A stretch of 64,000 nucleotides of DNA from NCBI GenBank assembly GCA_028687275.1, contig JAQUAK010000001.1, positions 36,213 to 100,212 of the forward strand, written 5' to 3'. The position numbers and the translations under genes are program-made. The first letter of the stretch is position 1. Every line of letters starts with the position of its first letter. The notes under the pieces were generated by a model. The model was not told the DNA's origin, did not search any database, and was given only the letters and a program-made list of their open reading frames with translations. This stretch comes from Patescibacteria group bacterium (lineage in GTDB: Bacteria > Patescibacteriota > Patescibacteriia > Patescibacteriales > UBA12465). Shown here one piece after another: positions 20,019 through 28,880 of the stretch.

Positions 20019-21824
20019 ATGAGCGAATCTAGTAATAAAATCCGTAATTTTGCCATTCTTGCCCATATTGATCATGGTAAGTCTACTTTGGCTGACCGTA
20101 TGTTAGAAATAACTGGGACAGTTGATAAAAGGAGGATGAAGAATCAAATTTTAGATGGTATGGACATTGAAAGAGAGCGGGGCATTACCATTAAATTACA
20201 ACCAGTCACCATGCAATATCAAGGTTATCAACTAAATTTAATTGATACTCCGGGGCATGTTGATTTTTCATATGAAGTTTCTCGATCACTGGCAGCGGTA
20301 GAAACAGCCGTCTTATTAGTTGACTGCACGCAGGGTATTCAAGCACAGACTTTAGCTAATTTATATTTAGCTCTAGAACAAGATTTAAATATTATCCCAG
20401 TGGTAAATAAAATTGACTTACCAGCTGCTAACGTAGAAAAAACTAAGGCTGAAATTGTTCGTTTGCTTGGTTGTAGTGAGGATGAAATTTTATCTTCATC
20501 TGGTAAGACGGGTGAAGGTGTTGAATCAATTTTGCAAGCAGTTATAAATCATGGTCGGTCACCAAAGAAAGAAGAGGGTTCGATTTCTCGTGCCCTAATT
20601 TTTGATTCTAAATACGATGAGTATAAAGGGGTGGTTGCTTTTATTCGTATTTTTGAAGGAGAGCTTCGTAAGGGCGATAAGATAAGATTGTTGGCTACCG
20701 ATGCTCACAGTGAAGCTTTAGATGTTGGTGTTTTCAAGCCAGAGTATCATTCTACGGGCTCTTTGCAATCGGGAGAAATAGGCTATGTGGTGACCGGCTT
20801 TAAACAAGTTGGTGAATGTCGCGTTGGCGATACTTTAGTCGTTGGCAGTAGCAAGGAGAAGGTTATTCCCTTAGCTGGTTATAAAGAAGTTACGCCGATG
20901 GTGTTTGCGGGCATCTTTCCGCGTGAAGGCAGTGACTTTGAAGACTTACGTGAAGCCATGGATAAATTAAAACTGAATGATGCCGCTTTATCTTTTGAAC
21001 CGGAACGATCTGATGCCTTAGGTCTTGGTTTTCGCTGCGGTTTTTTGGGGCTTTTACATTTAGAAATATTCCAAGAAAGATTAAGGCGAGAATATGGACT
21101 TGATTTAATTGTGACCGTTCCTAGTGTAGCTTATAAAGTTCTGACTCAGAATAAAGAAGAATTAATTATTAGAACTCCTCAACGTTTACCTGACCCAAAT
21201 GAAATTTCTATAATTGAGGAGCCCTGGGTAAAGCTAGATGTTATTACTCCACAAGAGTATATTGGTAATATCATGAGCTTATCACAAGAGAAGAGGGGTG
21301 TTTATAAGAATACGGAATATATTTCGGCCGGCAGCGAAGAGGCCAGAGCTATTTTGCATTATCATATGCCCTTATCAGCTATTTTGACTGATTTTTATGA
21401 TAAGATAAAAAGCGTTTCGGCTGGCTACGCTTCTATTAACTATGAATATTTAGAGTATCGTCCGGCTGATGTTGTACGGATGGATATTTTAGTAGCTGAA
21501 GATCAAATTGAGGCCTTAGCTACTATTGTTTATCGTGATGATGCTTATCGTCAGGGTAAAGCTATTGTTGATATTTTAAAAGACACTTTGCCTCGTCAGA
21601 TGTTTGCTTTAAAGATACAGGCAGCGCTTGGAGCTAAGGTTATAGCCGCTGAACGTATCTCGGCTATGCGCAAAGATGTTACCGCTAAGCTCTATGGTGG
21701 CGATGTTACTCGTAAGCGTAAATTGTTAGAAAAACAAAAGAAGGGGAAAAAGAAAATGATGGCTGCTGGTAAAGGTAGTGTTGATATTCCACCTGAGGCT
21801 TTTGTTAAAATCTTAAAAAGATAA
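20019..21824 (+). CDS. lepA: Elongation factor 4 (LepA)
   Basis: 'IRNFAILAHIDHGKSTLADRML', 'DTPGHVDF', 'NKIDL' GTPase motifs, plus the LepA C-terminal domain 'LYGGDVTRKRKLLEKQKKGKK'. Confidence 0.96.
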   Translation: MSESSNKIRNFAILAHIDHGKSTLADRMLEITGTVDKRRMKNQILDGMDIERERGITIKLQPVTMQYQGYQLNLIDTPGHVDFSYEVSRSLAAVETAVLLVDCTQGIQAQTLANLYLALEQDLNIIPVVNKIDLPAANVEKTKAEIVRLLGCSEDEILSSSGKTGEGVESILQAVINHGRSPKKEEGSISRALIFDSKYDEYKGVVAFIRIFEGELRKGDKIRLLATDAHSEALDVGVFKPEYHSTGSLQSGEIGYVVTGFKQVGECRVGDTLVVGSSKEKVIPLAGYKEVTPMVFAGIFPREGSDFEDLREAMDKLKLNDAALSFEPERSDALGLGFRCGFLGLLHLEIFQERLRREYGLDLIVTVPSVAYKVLTQNKEELIIRTPQRLPDPNEISIIEEPWVKLDVITPQEYIGNIMSLSQEKRGVYKNTEYISAGSEEARAILHYHMPLSAILTDFYDKIKSVSAGYASINYEYLEYRPADVVRMDILVAEDQIEALATIVYRDDAYRQGKAIVDILKDTLPRQMFALKIQAALGAKVIAAERISAMRKDVTAKLYGGDVTRKRKLLEKQKKGKKKMMAAGKGSVDIPPEAFVKILKR

Positions 21825-21844
21825 TTAATATATTGTTTAAATTT

Positions 21845-21946
21845 ATGAAAAGACGTAAAAAAATTATTAAAGTTGCCTGGACCATCATGTCAGTTATCAT
21901 TATTATTTCAATGATTATCTTTACTTTTGGAGCAACCTTTTTCTAA
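21845..21946 (+). CDS. Unlisted 33-aa single-TM micro-protein (MKRRKKIIKVAWTIMSVIIIISMIIFTFGATFF)
   Basis: My own translation. Basic N-terminus followed by one hydrophobic helix. It fills the lepA-recJ spacer and resembles short basic-plus-TM peptides seen in other bacteria. No search was possible. Confidence 0.35.
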   Translation: MKRRKKIIKVAWTIMSVIIIISMIIFTFGATFF

Positions 21947-21952
21947 ATTGAT

Positions 21953-23770
21953 ATGCATAAGAATTGGAAGATATCGGAAGCATCACCAGTAGAATTGAAA
22001 CAATCTTTACCTGAAGTTGAAGCTTTATTGGTTGATATTCTTTGGAATAGAGGTTTAGAGAGCGCGGAAGCTATTCGCGCTTTTTTAAGCGATGATATTG
22101 ATTCAGCTTTAAGCTTGGATATATCGGGTAATGGCAGCTTAGTCTTTTATAACCCTTTTCTCTTTAGGGATATGCAGGTGGCTGTTGATTTAATTATTAA
22201 ACACATTAAAGAAGGTAATAAAATTATTGTTTATGGTGATTATGATGCTGACGGTGTAACTTCATCCGCTGTTTTATCAGAAGCTTTAATCACTTTACAC
22301 GCTAGGACAGAAGTTTATTTACCCGATAGAGTCAGCGAGGGCTATGGCTTGAATAATGAGGCCTTAACACAATTACACGCTCAAGGGGCTAAATTAATTA
22401 TTACCGTTGATAACGGCATTAGAAATAAGAAAGAAGTTGAATTTGCTCAGAGTCTAGGCCTAGATGTGATTATTACTGACCACCATGTCTTGCCCGAAAA
22501 TAGAGAGGACTTACCTAATTGCCCCATTATTGATCCGGCTGATGCTAGCGATACATATCCTTGGCCATTTTTAGCTGGAGTAGGTGTAGCTTTTAAATTA
22601 GTTTCAGCTATTTTGCAGCAATCAAAATTAGAGGCTGAACAGAAGCGCTTAATTGCTGAAAGATCTTTAGACTTAGTTGCCGTTGGGACTATTGCTGATA
22701 TGGTTAGTTTGCTAGGAGAGAATCGTTGGTTAGTTAAGAAGGGCTTAGCAGTCCTTAATCAGAATCGTCGACTTGGTTTAAGAGAAATTTTTAAAACAGC
22801 TAAGATTGCTATTGATAAGCCTTTGGAATCTTGGAATGTTGGTTGGCAACTGGGGCCGCGTTTAAACGCTGCTAGTCGGGTTGGTCATGCTAATAGCGCT
22901 TTTGCTTTGATTGTCGCTGATAAAGAAATTGAGGCTAAAGAGTTAGCCTTTGAATTAAATTCTCGCAATCAGGAAAGACAGCAAATTACTAAAAATATTA
23001 CTAAAGATGTCGAGAAGCAAATTGATGTTAAAAATTTACCTAAAATTATTATTGGACTTGCCCAAGAGGATCAATTTTGGAATGAAGGCGTGATTGGCTT
23101 AGTCGCTGGTAGAATATGTGAAAAATATCATCGTCCCACCTTAATTATTACTCGTATTGTGGAGGAGGCTGAAATGGATCAAAGGAATGAACAAATTAAA
23201 GCGACTAAACTAAGTTTTAAGAGCTCTGGTCGATCCATTGAAGGTTTTAATTTAATTGCTGCCGTTGAAGAGTGTTCTCAATACTTAGATAAATATGGTG
23301 GACATCCAATGGCCTGTGGCTTTTCTGTGGTTAGCGAAGAGAAGTTAAATAATTTTAGGGAGGCTATTTCTAAAGTAGCTGAAGCTAAATTAACCCCAGA
23401 GATGTTAGTACCACAATTAAAGCTTGACGCTGAACTTGATTTTGTTAGTCTAAATTTAGAATTAGTAGGCGCTATTAATACCTTAGCCCCTTTTGGTCAG
23501 TATAACTTACAACCAAGATTTGCTAGTAAAAATCTAGTTATTAATGATATTGTCTTAATGGGTAGCGAAAAACAGCATATTAAATTACGTTTATCTAGTG
23601 TTGATAACCCAACTTTAGCTTCTTTTTGGGCGATTGCATTTGGCTCAGCGGATGAGTATAAAGAATTAAAAATCGGTGATACAATAGATTTAGCCTATTA
23701 CTTAGACATCAATGAATTTAATGGTCGTCGTGAAGTGCAATTAAAAATTATTGATTTTAAAAAAATATGA
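21953..23770 (+). CDS. recJ: Single-stranded-DNA-specific exonuclease RecJ
   Basis: DHH-family motifs 'VYGDYDADGVTS', 'ITVDNG', 'ITDHH', and DHHA1 'GGHPMACG'. Confidence 0.92.
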   Translation: MHKNWKISEASPVELKQSLPEVEALLVDILWNRGLESAEAIRAFLSDDIDSALSLDISGNGSLVFYNPFLFRDMQVAVDLIIKHIKEGNKIIVYGDYDADGVTSSAVLSEALITLHARTEVYLPDRVSEGYGLNNEALTQLHAQGAKLIITVDNGIRNKKEVEFAQSLGLDVIITDHHVLPENREDLPNCPIIDPADASDTYPWPFLAGVGVAFKLVSAILQQSKLEAEQKRLIAERSLDLVAVGTIADMVSLLGENRWLVKKGLAVLNQNRRLGLREIFKTAKIAIDKPLESWNVGWQLGPRLNAASRVGHANSAFALIVADKEIEAKELAFELNSRNQERQQITKNITKDVEKQIDVKNLPKIIIGLAQEDQFWNEGVIGLVAGRICEKYHRPTLIITRIVEEAEMDQRNEQIKATKLSFKSSGRSIEGFNLIAAVEECSQYLDKYGGHPMACGFSVVSEEKLNNFREAISKVAEAKLTPEMLVPQLKLDAELDFVSLNLELVGAINTLAPFGQYNLQPRFASKNLVINDIVLMGSEKQHIKLRLSSVDNPTLASFWAIAFGSADEYKELKIGDTIDLAYYLDINEFNGRREVQLKIIDFKKI

Positions 23771-24168
23771 AATTAATTATTCATAGTGATGGCGGAGCAA
23801 GGGGTAACCCTGGTCCAGCTGGTATTGGCGCTTGCCTTCATAGCGAAGACGGGGCATTAGTTGCCGAGGTTTCTGCTTTTTTGGGAATAGCTACTAATAA
23901 TCAGGCTGAGTATCAGGCTTTAATTGCCGGTTTAAATAAGGCTTTAGAATTAAAGGCGGAGGCAGTTGATTGTTTTTTAGACAGTGAACTAATAGTAAAA
24001 CAAATTAACCGTGAGTATAAAGTTAAGAATAAGGAATTAGCCCCTCTATTTTTGCAAGTCTATAATCTCCTTACCAAATTTAAACAATATAAATTTACTC
24101 ATATACCAAGAGAACAGAATAAAGAAGCAGACAGGCTCGCTAATGAAGCGATGGATCGAGGAGAATAA
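23767..24168 (+). CDS. rnhA: Ribonuclease H (type 1, RNase HI-like)
   Basis: 'HSDGGARGNPGPAGIG', 'TNNQAEYQALI', 'DSELIVKQI', 'NKEADRLAN' match the DEDD active-site blocks. The start overlaps the recJ stop (ATGA). Confidence 0.85.
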   Translation: MKLIIHSDGGARGNPGPAGIGACLHSEDGALVAEVSAFLGIATNNQAEYQALIAGLNKALELKAEAVDCFLDSELIVKQINREYKVKNKELAPLFLQVYNLLTKFKQYKFTHIPREQNKEADRLANEAMDRGE

Positions 24169-24190
24169 TATAATTTTAATTATATTTATA

Positions 24191-24222
24191 AAAAGCTATC
24201 TTTACAGATAGCTTTTATTTTT
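24191..24222. terminator. Bidirectional hairpin terminator between convergent rnhA and the por/pilin operon
   Basis: AAAAGCTATCT (24191-24201) / AGATAGCTTTT (24206-24216), 4-nt loop, with A/T runs on both sides. Confidence 0.75.
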
Positions 24223-24223
24223 A

Positions 24224-25552
24224 TTAAGGGCTGCATGACCACTTGGGTGTTTCTTGATATTGAAAGTGCCACCATTCGCCACAATATCTTTTCCACCCGG
24301 CTGCTTTCATAATTTCTTGTAGCTTGGTAACATCACTATCTTTATAGTCAGCGAAAGCCGCACTGCCCATTTTTTGACACGAAGCAGATCCTTTTATGCA
24401 AACATCAATTGCTTGGCCACTACGATGACCACCGCAACCACCAGGTCTGGCTACATATTTAGCTGCTATTGAGGCATCGTTATTATACTTAGTCATAGCT
24501 CTGTCCCATAGCGCTTGCTGGTGTTCAGCAGTTCTAAAAGCACTGGTGACATGTAATTCTACTCCCATTTTTCTAGCCTCTTCAACAGCCTTCACTAATC
24601 CTTCGACGCCAACCGTTGTTAGTATTGGCGTTTGAGCACTAGTGCTGACAATTCCTTCTATATTTTTTAAATCATTATTATTAGCACAATTGGAGGATGA
24701 ATTGTTAGTGCTATCGCTGCCGTTAATAATTGGTTGAATGTAGATGCCCTCGAGCATTTTAAGAGAAATTGATTTCATGGATATAAGATCAGGATTAATC
24801 TGGACTAGCAAGATATAAGAACCAAATAATATCATTAAACCAGTAATGCTGCCTAAGATTAAACTTTTGGCTTGGGTTATTTTAGAAACATCGCCGCCAG
24901 AAACTAGCCAGAGTAATCCGCCAGCCATCAGAACAACGGCGGCTAAAATCCCGCCGATACCTAAGCCGTAGTTGTAAACAAAGGTTATATATTGAGCAAT
25001 CCAAGGGATGGCACAGTCGCCGGTATTATCAGGGCCTGTACATTCAGCCGTGCTTAAGGTTAGCCCGTCAATTGGAATCTGTAATTGGGGGATGGTAAAT
25101 TTGGCTTTTTCAACGTGAGTATCAACACCCGGGCAGCAGCATGTATAATCAGTTGTCCTTCCTCCGTAAGATGTAGTAGAAGAAGGTTTTTTGGCGGGAT
25201 CACAATCATCGCCTCCTGTCTCGTCTGCTTGACAAGCCTGACTCCAACTACCAGCAGTGGCTTGCACTCCTCCGCCACCTGTGCCCGGTGTATAATATTT
25301 TGGCTTCCAACTACAACTGTAATTAATTTGAGGTTGACAACAACAGACTTTGTTATCAGAGAGTAATCCAGCTTCACAGTTTTGATAAGGGGCTTCAACT
25401 TTACCTCCATTAACCAAGCAGGTACTAACTAGTGGGTTGTCATTTTTTATTTCTACAGAGCAATTTAGCAGCGTTGTTGTTTTTGCTAGGGTGCTGTTAG
25501 GCAGAATTAAAAACAAGGCAATTAATAGTAGGGCAAAAATCAGTTTTTTCAT
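24224..25552 (-). CDS. Exported fusion protein: signal peptide, Cys-rich ectodomain, VirB2/TrbC-like pilin two-helix module, and M15 (VanY-like) zinc peptidoglycan peptidase
   Basis: Signal peptide 'MKKLIFALLLIALFLILPNSTLA'. 14 Cys in aa 31-180, including two CCC triplets. Pilin-type hairpin 'IGGILAAVVLMAGGLLWLVSGGDVSKITQAKSLILGSITGLMILFGSYILL' (aa ~185-258, nt 24779-25000). M15 blocks 'VTSAFRTAEHQQALW', H-x6-D 'HRSGQAID' (nt 24404-24427) and 'EWWHFQY'. The start overlaps the porB stop by 4 nt. Confidence 0.75.
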   Translation of the reverse strand: MKKLIFALLLIALFLILPNSTLAKTTTLLNCSVEIKNDNPLVSTCLVNGGKVEAPYQNCEAGLLSDNKVCCCQPQINYSCSWKPKYYTPGTGGGGVQATAGSWSQACQADETGGDDCDPAKKPSSTTSYGGRTTDYTCCCPGVDTHVEKAKFTIPQLQIPIDGLTLSTAECTGPDNTGDCAIPWIAQYITFVYNYGLGIGGILAAVVLMAGGLLWLVSGGDVSKITQAKSLILGSITGLMILFGSYILLVQINPDLISMKSISLKMLEGIYIQPIINGSDSTNNSSSNCANNNDLKNIEGIVSTSAQTPILTTVGVEGLVKAVEEARKMGVELHVTSAFRTAEHQQALWDRAMTKYNNDASIAAKYVARPGGCGGHRSGQAIDVCIKGSASCQKMGSAAFADYKDSDVTKLQEIMKAAGWKRYCGEWWHFQYQETPKWSCSP

Positions 25553-26427
25553 AGTTTAAAAAGTTTTAGATTTTTATCGGCTAAAGCTTGAATTTGTTTA
25601 ATTTCTGCTTCGGACAGATGTTTAAATCGACCCTGGATAGATAAATAGTCACTGACCGGCAGGGCTTTGAAGTTTTTGTTAATGCTAGAATTACTTAATT
25701 CACCATTTGTATATTCTAATAATGGGTAAAGAGCCGTTTGAACTGCTAAGCGAGCACCTTCTCCAGCTTGGTTTGTTTTAATTTTCCAGCCAGGAACACA
25801 GGGGCTAAGAATTTGAATGTATGAAGGTCCTGGTGTCGCTAAAGCTTTTTTAACTTTATTAGTAATATCATCAGGGAAGGCAGTTGTGCTTTGTGCAACA
25901 TAATTAAGACCATGGGCTAAAGCAATTTTAAGCATGTCTTTTTTCTGTTGATTGGAGCCAAAGCTTTTTTCACCAGCTGGGGTAGTAACAGTGTTAGCCC
26001 CCCAAGGAGTTGAGCCGGAGGCTTGGATGCCTGTATTAGAATAAGCTTCAGTATCATAACAAATATAAACAATTTCTTCATTCCTTTCCCACATGCCACT
26101 AATCAAACCAATTCCAATATCATAGGTAGCGCCATCTCCAGCCTGAATAACAACTTTAGTTTTTTTCTTTTTTTTCTTTAAGGCTGCTTTGATGCCACTA
26201 GCAACGGGGGCGGCGTTTTCAAATAAAGAATGAATCCAGGGGAGTTGCCAAGAACTTTGGGGATAGGCAGTTGTAGTTACCTCTAAACAACCGGTAGAGC
26301 TAATTAAGATGGTGTCATCAGTTAAAGCCCTCATGACAGATTGGGCGGCACTTAATTGACCGCAGCCAGCGCAAGCATTATGACCGGGACTAAGGAAGGA
26401 ATTAAATTTTTTTTTATTTGTCGACAT
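25549..26427 (-). CDS. porB: Pyruvate (2-oxoacid):ferredoxin oxidoreductase beta subunit (TPP-binding)
   Basis: N-terminal 'GHNACAGCG', TPP motif region 'QAGDGATYDIGIGLISG', length typical of PorB. Confidence 0.9.
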   Translation of the reverse strand: MSTNKKKFNSFLSPGHNACAGCGQLSAAQSVMRALTDDTILISSTGCLEVTTTAYPQSSWQLPWIHSLFENAAPVASGIKAALKKKKKKTKVVIQAGDGATYDIGIGLISGMWERNEEIVYICYDTEAYSNTGIQASGSTPWGANTVTTPAGEKSFGSNQQKKDMLKIALAHGLNYVAQSTTAFPDDITNKVKKALATPGPSYIQILSPCVPGWKIKTNQAGEGARLAVQTALYPLLEYTNGELSNSSINKNFKALPVSDYLSIQGRFKHLSEAEIKQIQALADKNLKLFKL

Positions 26428-26436
26428 ATCAATTTT

Positions 26437-27438
26437 TTAATTTCTTTCATCATAGCAGCAATAGAGGCCCGTTCCGCAACTTCTACCTCCTTGGTCATGA
26501 AAATTGTGGTCGCCATTACAATGAATACCGCCAAGATTAATATATCCTTCGGAAGTGCATTTTGCTTTTCTGTCTTCATTGCCACAAGGCTCTCCTTCTC
26601 CGCCTTTATTGTACCAGGCTATCTTATCGTAACAATAGCATACACCAAGTCCACTTTTCTCAAAACAGTCATCGCCGTCTTCTGTGTCTTCTTCTTGACA
26701 AACATCTGTGGTTGGACAGCTGCCGAAATTGCCAGAGGCATAGGCGCAACCGGTATTATAAAAATTTGCTGTTGGGCAATTATCAGACATAGTGGCGGCA
26801 CAACTTAGGACGGTGCCATTATTGGCTATTGAAACGCAGCACCCAGGTAGAGAACACTTCGTTCCTGCACTGCCGATATTGTAATAGCGATCACCATTTA
26901 GTCTATCGTAAGTTTTTTGCATAAATTTACCACCATTTACCTGACATTCTTTATCAGTGGTCATTGCTGCTTTGCTGGTATATTGGCAGCAACCTATATT
27001 AATTGGTTCAATGTTTGTAAGGGTTTTTATTCTAAAATTAATTAAGTCAGGATTCACTGTATTTAAAATAATCCAAGCTCCAAATAATAGGCCGATGCCA
27101 GAAATACTACCGATAATTAAACCTTTGGCTTGAGTAATTTTATCACTACTACCACCTGAGGCTAACCAAATTAAGCCCCCGGCCATTAAGACTACTGCTG
27201 CTAAAATTCCACCAATAGCCAATCCATAATCATAAAAAGCTTTAATTAGCTGACCGATATAAGTCGTACTTCTTGCGGTCATGGTAGTAGTAGCATTAAA
27301 ACCAGGAATGCCAATTTGAGGCTCAAAAACAATTGGATCACCAATAGCAGACTGGGCTGGCATTAGTCCTAAAAAAGAGAAGGCGATTAAACTAACTAGG
27401 GCAAATTTTATAAAATTCAGGGCTTTATTTTTCTTCAT
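26437..27438 (-). CDS. Exported protein: signal peptide, VirB2/TrbC-like pilin two-helix module, and C-terminal Cys-rich ectodomain (20 Cys)
   Basis: The track ORF (to 27519) overlaps porA. ATG27438 (MKKNKALNFIKFALVSLIAFSFLGLMPAQSA) gives a signal peptide and a 4-nt gap after the porA stop. Hairpin 'IGGILAAVVLMAGGLIWLASGGSSDKITQAKGLIIGSISGIGLLFGAWIIL' (nt 27031-27258) is about two-thirds identical by eye to the 24224-25552 protein. 20 Cys in aa 150-328. Confidence 0.7.
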   Translation of the reverse strand: MKKNKALNFIKFALVSLIAFSFLGLMPAQSAIGDPIVFEPQIGIPGFNATTTMTARSTTYIGQLIKAFYDYGLAIGGILAAVVLMAGGLIWLASGGSSDKITQAKGLIIGSISGIGLLFGAWIILNTVNPDLINFRIKTLTNIEPINIGCCQYTSKAAMTTDKECQVNGGKFMQKTYDRLNGDRYYNIGSAGTKCSLPGCCVSIANNGTVLSCAATMSDNCPTANFYNTGCAYASGNFGSCPTTDVCQEEDTEDGDDCFEKSGLGVCYCYDKIAWYNKGGEGEPCGNEDRKAKCTSEGYINLGGIHCNGDHNFHDQGGRSCGTGLYCCYDERN

Positions 27439-27442
27439 ATTA

Positions 27443-28597
27443 TTACCAGAATTTAGTTTGTGTCCGCTTAGCGGACTTAATAATATTTTTAATTGTTTCA
27501 ATATTAATATCACGACCACCTAGGCCAACAATATGATTGCTAGAGACTCCTTTAAAGCCAGATAGACTAGACATAACATCACTGTATAATGGTCCATTGG
27601 CGCCACTAGACATAGCTTTTTCAATAATGGCGACATTTTTACAGTTAGCAATAATCTTTTTAACACTCTTGGCAGGAAAAGGTCGGTAGGATCTGATTTT
27701 TAAAATTCCAGTTTTTTTATCTTTTTTTAAGCATTCCTTAATTGTGCCTACGATGGACCCCATAGCGATTAAAAGTGTTTCTGGATTTTTTGGTCCACAG
27801 TACTCAACTAGACCATCGTCCAGCAAGGCTTTGATTGGGGACTCACTTGGCAATACTTTTTTCCAGTCTTTATAGTTTTTTGGAAAAACCTGGAGAATAT
27901 TTTTTAAATCTTCATCAATACGTCTTTTTTCTAACCAGAAATGATCAGGGGTAAATAAAGCCCCTAGAGTCACTGGTCTTTCAGGATTTAAATATGTGCC
28001 TAAGGCTGGTTTATAGGCAGGGAGATATTTTTTTATATCTTTTTTGCTGGGGATAATAACACTTTCAAAAGAATGGGTAAGGATGAAGCCATCAATATTA
28101 ATAGCTGCTGGCAAATTAAATTCTTCCGCTAGCTTATAGGCAATGACGTGTAAGTCTACAGCTTCTTGATGATTTTCGGCAAATAACATTATCCAGCCAG
28201 CGTCACGCATAGCCATGGCATCACTATGATCATTCCAGATATTTATTGGGCCACCGACCGCTCGATTGGCAATAGTCATAACTAGAGGTAGGCGTAATCC
28301 AGAGGCATTGTATAAAACCTCCATCATTAGTAATAAACCTTGAGAGCTGGTAGTGCTATATACTCGACTGCCAGTAGCACTGGCGCCAACAACAATAGAG
28401 GCGGCTGCAAATTCGCTTTCGGCAAGCAGATATTCATAATTAGCTTTGCCTTGAGCTTTAAATTTTGCTAAGTCCTCGACGATATGAGTTTGGGGAGTGA
28501 TTGGATAGGCAGAAATTACATCTGGTTGGATGTTGGCCACTGTTAAAGACACCGCTCTTGAGCCTTCTAAGAATTGAGTTTTAAGATTATTTTTCAT
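27443..28597 (-). CDS. porA: Pyruvate (2-oxoacid):ferredoxin oxidoreductase alpha subunit
   Basis: 'EGSRAVSLTVANIQPDVISAYPITPQTHIVE' N-terminus and overall length are typical of PorA. Ends '...TKFW'. Confidence 0.9.
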   Translation of the reverse strand: MKNNLKTQFLEGSRAVSLTVANIQPDVISAYPITPQTHIVEDLAKFKAQGKANYEYLLAESEFAAASIVVGASATGSRVYSTTSSQGLLLMMEVLYNASGLRLPLVMTIANRAVGGPINIWNDHSDAMAMRDAGWIMLFAENHQEAVDLHVIAYKLAEEFNLPAAINIDGFILTHSFESVIIPSKKDIKKYLPAYKPALGTYLNPERPVTLGALFTPDHFWLEKRRIDEDLKNILQVFPKNYKDWKKVLPSESPIKALLDDGLVEYCGPKNPETLLIAMGSIVGTIKECLKKDKKTGILKIRSYRPFPAKSVKKIIANCKNVAIIEKAMSSGANGPLYSDVMSSLSGFKGVSSNHIVGLGGRDINIETIKNIIKSAKRTQTKFW

Positions 28598-28601
28598 AGC
28601 T

Positions 28602-28880
28602 TTACTCTTTTTCCATTAATATCGCCTTGACTGGGCATTCGCTCGCACAGAGTCCGCAGCCCTTGCAATAATCATAATCAACTTCGGCTTTTAATTTACC
28701 TTCTTTATCAAGTTTCATTAGCATACAGGCGTCGGGACACATTTTAACGCAGCGTGAACAACCAATACAAAGATTTGGATCAATAATTGGTTTTTCCGTG
28801 CGCCAATCTCCAGTTTTATTATTTAAAGCTGATCCGGGTTGAGTTACTGGATTTTTAATTTTATTATTTTTTAGAGACAT
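28602..28880 (-). CDS. porD: Pyruvate:ferredoxin oxidoreductase delta subunit (2x[4Fe-4S] ferredoxin-like)
   Basis: Two cluster motifs, 'CIGCSRCVKMCP' and 'CKGCGLCASECP'. 92 aa. Confidence 0.9.
   Translation of the reverse strand: MSLKNNKIKNPVTQPGSALNNKTGDWRTEKPIIDPNLCIGCSRCVKMCPDACMLMKLDKEGKLKAEVDYDYCKGCGLCASECPVKAILMEKE

Noticed and set aside
25060-25410. 116-aa (-) and 93-aa (+, 25085-25366) ORFs inside the Cys-rich region of the pilin-M15 gene
   Set aside because: They are alternative frames of a longer ORF that has a signal peptide and recognisable domains. There are no independent signals for them.
26356-26808. 150-aa plus-strand ORF spanning the porB/pilin-like junction, together with 26352-26585 (-), 26562-26792 (+) and 26619-26801 (-)
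   Set aside because: These are antisense or out of frame relative to two well-supported minus-strand genes. Their translations are low-complexity and I/F/A/T-rich, so they look like shadow ORFs.
26428-27442. Pilin-like gene between porA and porB as a mobile-element insertion
   Set aside because: I found no flanking inverted or direct repeats, no recombinase, and only 4-nt and 9-nt junction spacers with intact neighbouring genes. It looks like a fixed operon member rather than a recent transposition.
27439-27519. N-terminal extension of the pilin-like ORF into porA (track start 27519)
   Set aside because: The extension overlaps the last 77 nt of porA and encodes no signal peptide. The internal ATG27438 yields a classical signal peptide right after the porA stop.
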